From Podarcis gaigeae (lineage: Eukaryota), in the NCBI GenBank assembly GCA_964106915.2, contig OZ066919.1: DNA of 64,000 nucleotides; one strand, given 5' to 3'. Shown here in pieces: positions 61,625 to 64,000 of the stretch (position 1 is its first letter; each line of letters begins with the position of its first letter). The notes beneath the pieces are model-generated. The model did no database searches and had not been told where the DNA came from. It saw only the letters and a list, made by a program, of their open reading frames with translations. The position numbers were made by a program, and so were the translations under genes.

Positions 61625-63725
61625 CCTTTGCATGGAGCCCGGAGAGCCCCGTGGTTTTCCACGGATCTGAGGGCAATGAAACAATCGTTGAGACGGCTAG
61701 AGCGCCGGTGGCGGATAACTCATTCCGAATCTGACCGGACACAGGTTAGAGCTCAACGTCGAGCCTACCAAGTGGCGATAGCGACGGCAAAGAAGAATTT
61801 CTTCGCCGCCTCTATTGCATCTGCAGAAAACAGCAGCAGGAGACTTTTTCAGGTGGTTCACAATTTAGCGGAACCACCTGTAACATCGGGGCCCAGTACG
61901 GGCCACATATTCTCCTGCAATGATTTTGCAAAGTTTTTTGCAGATAAAATCGTTCAGATTCGGGAAGAAGTAGACTCCACCGTGGGAGCAGGGCCGGGGC
62001 GGGAGAGTGCTAGAGTTCTGTCTAGTCTAGTTGTGTGGGATCAATTCCAATCTGTTACCTCCGAGGATGTGGACAGGCTGCTTGGACGAGTGAAACCAAC
62101 CACCTGTCTCCTGGATCCTTGCCCATCCTGGCTTATAAAAGCTAGCCGGGAAGGACTGGGCGATGGGCTTCGTGGGGTGGTGAATGCTTCCCTCCGTGAG
62201 GGAGCCTTCCCAGACCCACTGAAAGAGGCGGTTATTAAACCGCTTCTTAAAAAACCATCTTTAGATGCGGCCACAATGGCCAACTATCGCCCAGTCTCAA
62301 ATCTTCCATTCTTGGGCAAGGTGATAGAGCGAGCGGTTGCCGAACAACTCCAGGCACGCCTGGAAGAAGCGGACCATTTGGATCCCTTCCAGTCGGGATT
62401 CAGGCCTCATCATGGGACTGAAACTGCCTTGGTCGCACTGGTTGATGATCTCCGGCGGGCTAGGGACAAAGGTGAGAGCTGTTTCCTAGTTCTGCTGGAT
62501 CTCTCAGCGGCGTTTGATACCATCGACCGTAACATCCTTCTGGACCGCCTTGAGGGGCTGGGAGCTGGGGGCACTGTCCTACAGTGGTTCTGCTCCTTCC
62601 TCCTGGGCCGTGTTCAGAAAGTGGTGGTGGGGGATGAGTGTTCAGACCCCTGGGCTCTCACTTGTGGGGTGTCTCAGGGTTCTGTCCTCTCCCCCATGCT
62701 TTTCAATATTTACATGCAGCCGCTGGGAGAGATCATCAGGAGGTTTGGGCTGGGTGTTCATCAGTATGCGGATGATACCCAGCTCTACCTCTCTTTTAAA
62801 TCAGAACCAGTGAGGGCAGTGAAGGTCCTGTGTGAGTGTCTGGAGGCGGTTGGAGGATGGATGGCGGCTAACAGATTGAGGTTGAATCCTGACAAGACAG
62901 AAGTACTGTTTCTGGGGGACAGGAGGCGGGCAGGTGTGGAGGATTCCCTGGTCCTGAATGGGGCAACTGTGCCCCTGAAGGACCAGGTGCGCAGCCTGGG
63001 AGTCATTTTGGATTCACAGCTGTCCATGGAGGCACAGGTCAAATCTGTGTCCAGGACAGCTGTTTACCAGCTCCATCTGGTACGTAGGCTGAGACCCTAT
63101 CTGCCTGCGGACTGTCTCGCCAGAGTGGTGCATGCTCTGGTTATCTCCCGCTTGGACTACTGCAATGCACTCTACGTGGGGCTACCTTTGAAAGTGACTC
63201 GGAAACTACAACTAATCCAGAATGCGGCAGCTAGACTGGTGACTGGGAGCGGCCGCCAAGACCATATAACATCGGTCTTGAAAGGCCTACATTGGCTCCC
63301 AGTATGTTTCCGAGCACAATTCAAAGTGTTGGTACTGACCTTTAAAGCCCTAAACGGCCTCGGTCCAGTATACCTGAAGGAGCGTCTCCACCCCCATCAT
63401 TCTGCCCGGACGCTGAGGTCCAGCGCCGAGGGCCTTCTGGCAGTTCCCTCATTGCGAGAAGCGAAGCTACAGGGAACCAGGCAGAGGGCCTTCTTGGTAG
63501 TGGCGCCCACCCTGTGGAACGCCCTTCCAGCAGATGTCAAAGCGATAAACAACTACCTGACATTCAGAAGACATCTTAAGGCAGCCCTGTTCAGGGAAGT
63601 TTTTAACGTGTGATATTTTACTGTATTTTTGGTTTTTATGGAAGCCGCCCAGAGTGGCTGGGGAGGCCCAGCCAGATGGGCGGGGTATAAATAATAAATT
63701 GTTATTATTATTATTATTATTATTA
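61625..63725 (+). mobile_element. 5'-truncated L2-clade LINE with uninterrupted reverse transcriptase ORF
   Basis: About 660 stop-free codons to TGA at 63613: NYRPVSNL, QSGFR, LLDLSAAFDT, QGSVLSP, YADDTQLY, SRLDYCN, LHWLP; short 3' UTR and (TAT)n tail; no endonuclease domain. Confidence 0.95.
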
Positions 63726-64000
63726 CCCCAAAATGCCAAGGGAGATGGACCTAGAAGTGCATATACCAAATGAAATATGGACGGCTTTGTGGTCCAAGAG
63801 ACCATTGAGATAGGTTTCTGCAAAAATCAGGGAATCCTCATTAAAACTTCTGCATAGGTGGCACTTTACACTGGTGAGGTTATCCTGAATATCTACTAGA
63901 TTTGTGATCTCTTTAACTGTGCACAGGACCCGCCACCCGCCCAATGTCAATTCACCAGTTGCTCCTTCCTGCCCACCTGCTGTTGCTTCTCCCTCCCTCT

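Larger units (their letters stand above)
60225..63920 (+). mobile_element. Decayed L1-type LINE ORF2 hosting nested insertions
   Basis: Remnant peptides ELRKYGKVARFKTNESKSEIM (~60230-60290), GHIAAVKIAI (~60665) and IRESSLKLLHRWHFTLVRL (~63826-63885) lie collinearly and are interrupted by younger elements. Confidence 0.6.

Noticed and set aside
52900-64000. MED8, the expected syntenic neighbour (and TIE1 at the window start)
   Set aside because: No recognisable exons; both probably lie outside the window, so their absence is not evidence of rearrangement.

Overview
Vertebrate genomic DNA from a squamate reptile, most likely a lacertid lizard judging by Sauria SINEs, BovB, L2 and Penelope repeats. 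The window holds the conserved MPL-CDC20-ELOVL1 block. MPL (thrombopoietin receptor, + strand) has 12 coding exons at 2343-17912 and encodes about 647 aa. CDC20 (+) has a CpG-island promoter with CCAAT/CHR elements and 10 coding exons at 21460-27266, about 505 aa. ELOVL1 (-) has 7 coding exons at 32272-36601, about 287 aa, with a non-coding exon 1 in a CpG island near 52.2 kb. All three were rebuilt by hand with GT-AG junctions and consistent phases. The rest is rich in transposable elements: Tc1/pogo and hAT MITEs, a solo LTR, SINEs and nested LINEs. Best leads: (1) a minimal hammerhead-ribozyme motif in a Penelope-type hairpin on the sense strand of MPL intron 1; (2) Cys at the MPL W515-equivalent position and loss of other regulatory motifs; (3) CDC20 lacking the canonical KEN and CRY degrons; (4) a fold-back Tc1 derivative built from two 3' ends; (5) a CpG-rich 108-bp hairpin minisatellite carried inside a Tc2-like MITE. 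Family names and comparisons with human proteins are from memory; no database search was run.
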